Assembly: GCA_031459765.1 (NCBI GenBank)
Contig: JAVKHY010000002.1
Location: forward strand, 257,350 to 321,349
Length of the DNA stretch: 64,000 nt
Direction: 5' to 3'
Origin: Candidatus Kaftiobacterium secundum
Lineage (GTDB): Bacteria; Sysuimicrobiota; Sysuimicrobiia; Sysuimicrobiales; Kaftiobacteriaceae
The notes beneath the pieces were generated by a model, which saw nothing but the letters and a program-made list of their open reading frames with translations, had not been told where the DNA came from and made no database searches. Position numbers and translations under genes: made by a program. Positions within the stretch are counted from its first letter, which is position 1, and every line of letters starts with the position of its first letter. Below, piece by piece: positions 61,539-64,000 of this stretch.

Positions 61539-62099
61539 ATGCGCATTCTGGCCTGTGCCGATCTCCACGGGCGAGCGGAGCGGATCGCCCGCGTCCGGAG
61601 CCTCGTGGCGCAGCATTCGCCTGCGGTGGTCCTCCTGCCGGGGGATCTGACCCATGCCGGTTTCGGCAAGGAGGCCCTGGCCCTGTTGCACGATCTCCCC
61701 GTCCCGGTTCTGGCGGTGCCGGGCAACATGGATGCGCCCTTCGCCGCAGGCGAGATCCGGCGGGCCGGCGGACTGGCCGGCGCGGAGCCGATCACGATCG
61801 GAGGCGTCACCTTCGGCGGGCCGTCGGTGAACGGCGCGGTAGACGTGCTGGTGGTGCACGAGCCTCCCCGGGGCACGCTCGACCTCGTGCCCACCGGCCG
61901 GCACATCGGCTCGGCGCAGGTGCTGGAAATGATGACGCGCCTGCGCCCGCGGGTGCTGACCTGCGGGCATGTGCACGAGTCGCCCGGGATCGTGCGGGTT
62001 GGTCCCACCCTCGTCGTCAACTGCACGATGGGCGATGGGAAGACGCAGGGGGCGCTGATCGAGATCACCGCGGAGGAGGTCGGCGCGCGGCTGCTCTGA
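61539..62099 (+). CDS. calcineurin-like metallophosphoesterase (YfcE-like)
   Basis: MRILACADLHG, GDLTH, GNMD, VLVVHEPP, GHVHE motifs. Confidence 0.65.
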   Translation: MRILACADLHGRAERIARVRSLVAQHSPAVVLLPGDLTHAGFGKEALALLHDLPVPVLAVPGNMDAPFAAGEIRRAGGLAGAEPITIGGVTFGGPSVNGAVDVLVVHEPPRGTLDLVPTGRHIGSAQVLEMMTRLRPRVLTCGHVHESPGIVRVGPTLVVNCTMGDGKTQGALIEITAEEVGARLL

Positions 62100-62782
62100 T
62101 GGAGCCCTGGCCGGCCACGTCGGAGGAACTGGAAGAGGTGCAGCGGGAGCTGGCCGCGCTCGCGCCGCCGCCCTGGCGGCCTCCGGAAGACCACTGGTCA
62201 GCGGCGGGATGCTTCGTCTGCTTCGTCCGCGGCACCCGCGGCCCGGGGTCGGCAGGCGATCGCGGCTGGGCGGCGGCGGCCCTGGTGCGGGGCGACGAGG
62301 TCGTCGTGGGGCCCGTCATCCGGCAGCTGGCGGGATATGCCTACATTCCGGGACTGCTGGCGTTACGCCAGGGGCCCCTGCTGGAAGCGGCGGTGCGCGC
62401 CCTCCCCGGGCGGCCCGACGTCCTCCTCGTCGACGCCACCGGCCGCGACCATCCCCGCCGGGCCGGCCTGGCCCTGCACCTGGGAGCGCGCCTGGACCTG
62501 CCGTCGGTGGGGGTGACACACCGGCCGCTGCTGGCCGACGGCCCCCCGCCCGCCGACGACGACGGAGCGACAACTCCGCTGTGCATCGGCGACGAAGTCG
62601 TGGCCTCCTGGGTGCGCCCGCGGCGCGGCCTCCGCCCCCTCGTCGCCCACGCCGCGTGGCGCACCAGCGCCGAGGTCGCCGCCGCCGTCGTCCTCGCGCT
62701 GGGGCGCGGGCGAAGAACCCCCGAGCCTCTGCGCGCGGCCCGGCGGGCGGCGCGCGCCGCACGCGCGCATGACGAGCGCTGA
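62099..62782 (+). CDS. nfi: endonuclease V
   Basis: YIPGLLALRQGP motif and overall deoxyinosine 3'-endonuclease layout. ATG overlaps the upstream stop. Confidence 0.65.
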   Translation: MEPWPATSEELEEVQRELAALAPPPWRPPEDHWSAAGCFVCFVRGTRGPGSAGDRGWAAAALVRGDEVVVGPVIRQLAGYAYIPGLLALRQGPLLEAAVRALPGRPDVLLVDATGRDHPRRAGLALHLGARLDLPSVGVTHRPLLADGPPPADDDGATTPLCIGDEVVASWVRPRRGLRPLVAHAAWRTSAEVAAAVVLALGRGRRTPEPLRAARRAARAARAHDER

Positions 62783-62818
62783 CCGGCCGGGCCGCCCGCC
62801 GGCGGCCGTCGGCGGGGT

Positions 62819-63229
62819 TCAGACCGCGCCCAGGATCTGCGCCGCCTTCTTCACGTCACGCGGGCCGACCCACAGGATCGCGCCGTAGTACCCGCTCACG
62901 GCAACGGCGTCCGTGGCGACGACGTTGATCTTTGCCTGCGCCAGTTTGTTGTAGTGGTCCACCAGCGCGCCGGTGCGGTCGTCGCCGGTGAGCAGGAATG
63001 CCTTCTTCGGGCCCACCAGCTTCCACTTCGCCTTCCGCGCGGCGGCCCGCAGCGCCGCCGCATCCGACGGCACCAGGTTCAACTGCGCCCGTCGGCCGCT
63101 GGGGAAGGCGTGAAAGGCCAGCAGGTTGACGCCGGCATCCTTGAGGTGGCCGAGGACCCGGGCACCTTCGCCGGGCCGGTCCGCGGTCATGACATAGTAA
63201 TAGTCAACCAGACGGATCGTGTCTGGCAT
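62819..63229 (-). CDS. tandem ACT-like small-molecule-binding domain protein
   Basis: Two ~65-aa repeats resembling ACT folds. Low-confidence family call. Confidence 0.3.
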   Translation of the reverse strand: MPDTIRLVDYYYVMTADRPGEGARVLGHLKDAGVNLLAFHAFPSGRRAQLNLVPSDAAALRAAARKAKWKLVGPKKAFLLTGDDRTGALVDHYNKLAQAKINVVATDAVAVSGYYGAILWVGPRDVKKAAQILGAV

Positions 63230-63299
63230 CTGGCATCCCCCCCGATGCGCACTGTTCCGTGCGGCCCGCCCGGTCTCCTTGATCCGCCGGCGCCGACCC

Positions 63300-64000
63300 C
63301 TACCGCAGCGCGGCGGATCCCCCCGCCAGCACCGCCGCGACCAGCGCCGAGGCGAGGATGGAAATCAGCCACCCGGCGGGGATGATCCAGACCATCCGGC
63401 GGTCAATCCCGGCGAGTCCTTTGGACAGGCCGACCCCGATGACCGCGCCGACGATCGACTGGGATGTCGAGACCGGGACGCCGACCTGGGTGAACAGATG
63501 GGCGGTGATGGCGGTGGCGGCCGAGGCCACCAGCGCGCTGTAGGGCCCCAGCGGGGTGATCTGCTTGCCGACGAGCATGATCACCCGGTGGCTGAAGGTC
63601 AGCGCCCCCGCCGCGATGGCCGCCCCGCCCAGCGCCGCCCCCACCCCGGGGCCGACCACCCCGACGGCGACAAAGGGGGCCATGGCGTTGCCCACGTTGT
63701 TTGCGCCCAGGGCGTAGGAAGCATAACAGCCCACGACCACTCCCGCGGCGCGCACGACCCCGGGGTAGAAGATGATTGTGCCGAACCTCCTGGCCCCCGT
63801 CCTGGCCAGCAGGCGGTAGAGGAGGTTGGCGATCACGGCGGCGGCCAGCGGGGCCGTGACGATGGCCACGCTAAGTTTGGCCAGGGCGGCCGTCTGGATC
63901 CCCCTCCCCGCCGCCAGCCCCTGGGCCGCGAGTGCTCCAACGATGGCGTGCGAGGTCGAGATGGGCAGGCCGAAGGCGGTGAGGATGTTGACGGTCAGGC
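63300..64000 (-). CDS. pitA: PiT-family inorganic phosphate transporter (N-terminus beyond window end)
   Basis: GANNVGNAMAPFV and duplicated GxPxSTSxxIVGA motifs. The reading frame continues upstream through position 64000 (LTVNILTAFGLPISTSHAIVG...), so the gene is truncated by the window. Confidence 0.8.
   Translation of the reverse strand, partial: LTVNILTAFGLPISTSHAIVGALAAQGLAAGRGIQTAALAKLSVAIVTAPLAAAVIANLLYRLLARTGARRFGTIIFYPGVVRAAGVVVGCYASYALGANNVGNAMAPFVAVGVVGPGVGAALGGAAIAAGALTFSHRVIMLVGKQITPLGPYSALVASAATAITAHLFTQVGVPVSTSQSIVGAVIGVGLSKGLAGIDRRMVWIIPAGWLISILASALVAAVLAGGSAALR

Noticed and set aside
60857-62194. 445-aa ORF containing the FmdE-like domain only in its C-terminal 193 aa
   Set aside because: The upstream part is low-complexity and overlaps the well-supported metallophosphoesterase on the plus strand. 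The FmdE-like gene starts at the ATG at 61438.

Overview
This is a ~70% GC bacterial chromosomal segment. A YtfJ/GerW-type sporulation gene and several ECF S-components suggest a high-GC Firmicutes-like or thermophilic lineage (inference). No transposases, integrases, CRISPR arrays, rRNA or tRNA genes were recognised. The many long ORFs antisense to the real genes are high-GC artefacts. The window contains: (1) a TPP-riboswitch-controlled thiamine operon (thiW-like, cytX, thiM, thiE, thiL, thiD, a second ECF S-component). (2) Central metabolism and stress genes: aconitase, tryptophanase-family lyase, PFOR, DeoC, GDH, OsmC, four Usp genes, two CBS-pair proteins, and a TerC exporter behind a probable yybP-ykoY Mn riboswitch. 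(3) A clade-II-type nitrous-oxide reductase cluster on the minus strand: Rrf2/NsrR-like regulator, type-1 cupredoxin, nosZ, nosB-like, nosD, nosF, nosY, and a YtkA/FixH-like lipoprotein. (4) mntH with a regulator and a tandem Usp, then a TlpA thioredoxin-like protein. (5) A hypFCDE [NiFe]-hydrogenase maturation operon with no hydrogenase structural genes in the window. (6) The most unusual part: a ~9 kb co-directional minus-strand block (~42.1-49.5 kb; upstream FAD-oxidoreductase included from 40.7 kb) encoding a TAT-exported NrfC/PsrB-like 4Fe-4S protein, a 12-TM NrfD/PsrC-like quinol-interacting subunit, three paralogous membrane-anchored CuA-like cupredoxins, a second type-1 cupredoxin, an embedded NarL-type two-component system and an FAD oxidoreductase. 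I found no CxxCH haem-c motif in any of these proteins. I interpret this as a candidate cytochrome-free, copper-only quinol-to-N2O electron-transfer system (inference). (7) A BMP-family nucleoside-type ABC transporter, MobA, an NAD-type formate dehydrogenase (FdsA, FdsB with a fused NuoE-like N-terminus) with an FmdE-like protein, a metallophosphoesterase, endonuclease V, and a truncated PiT phosphate transporter at the window end.
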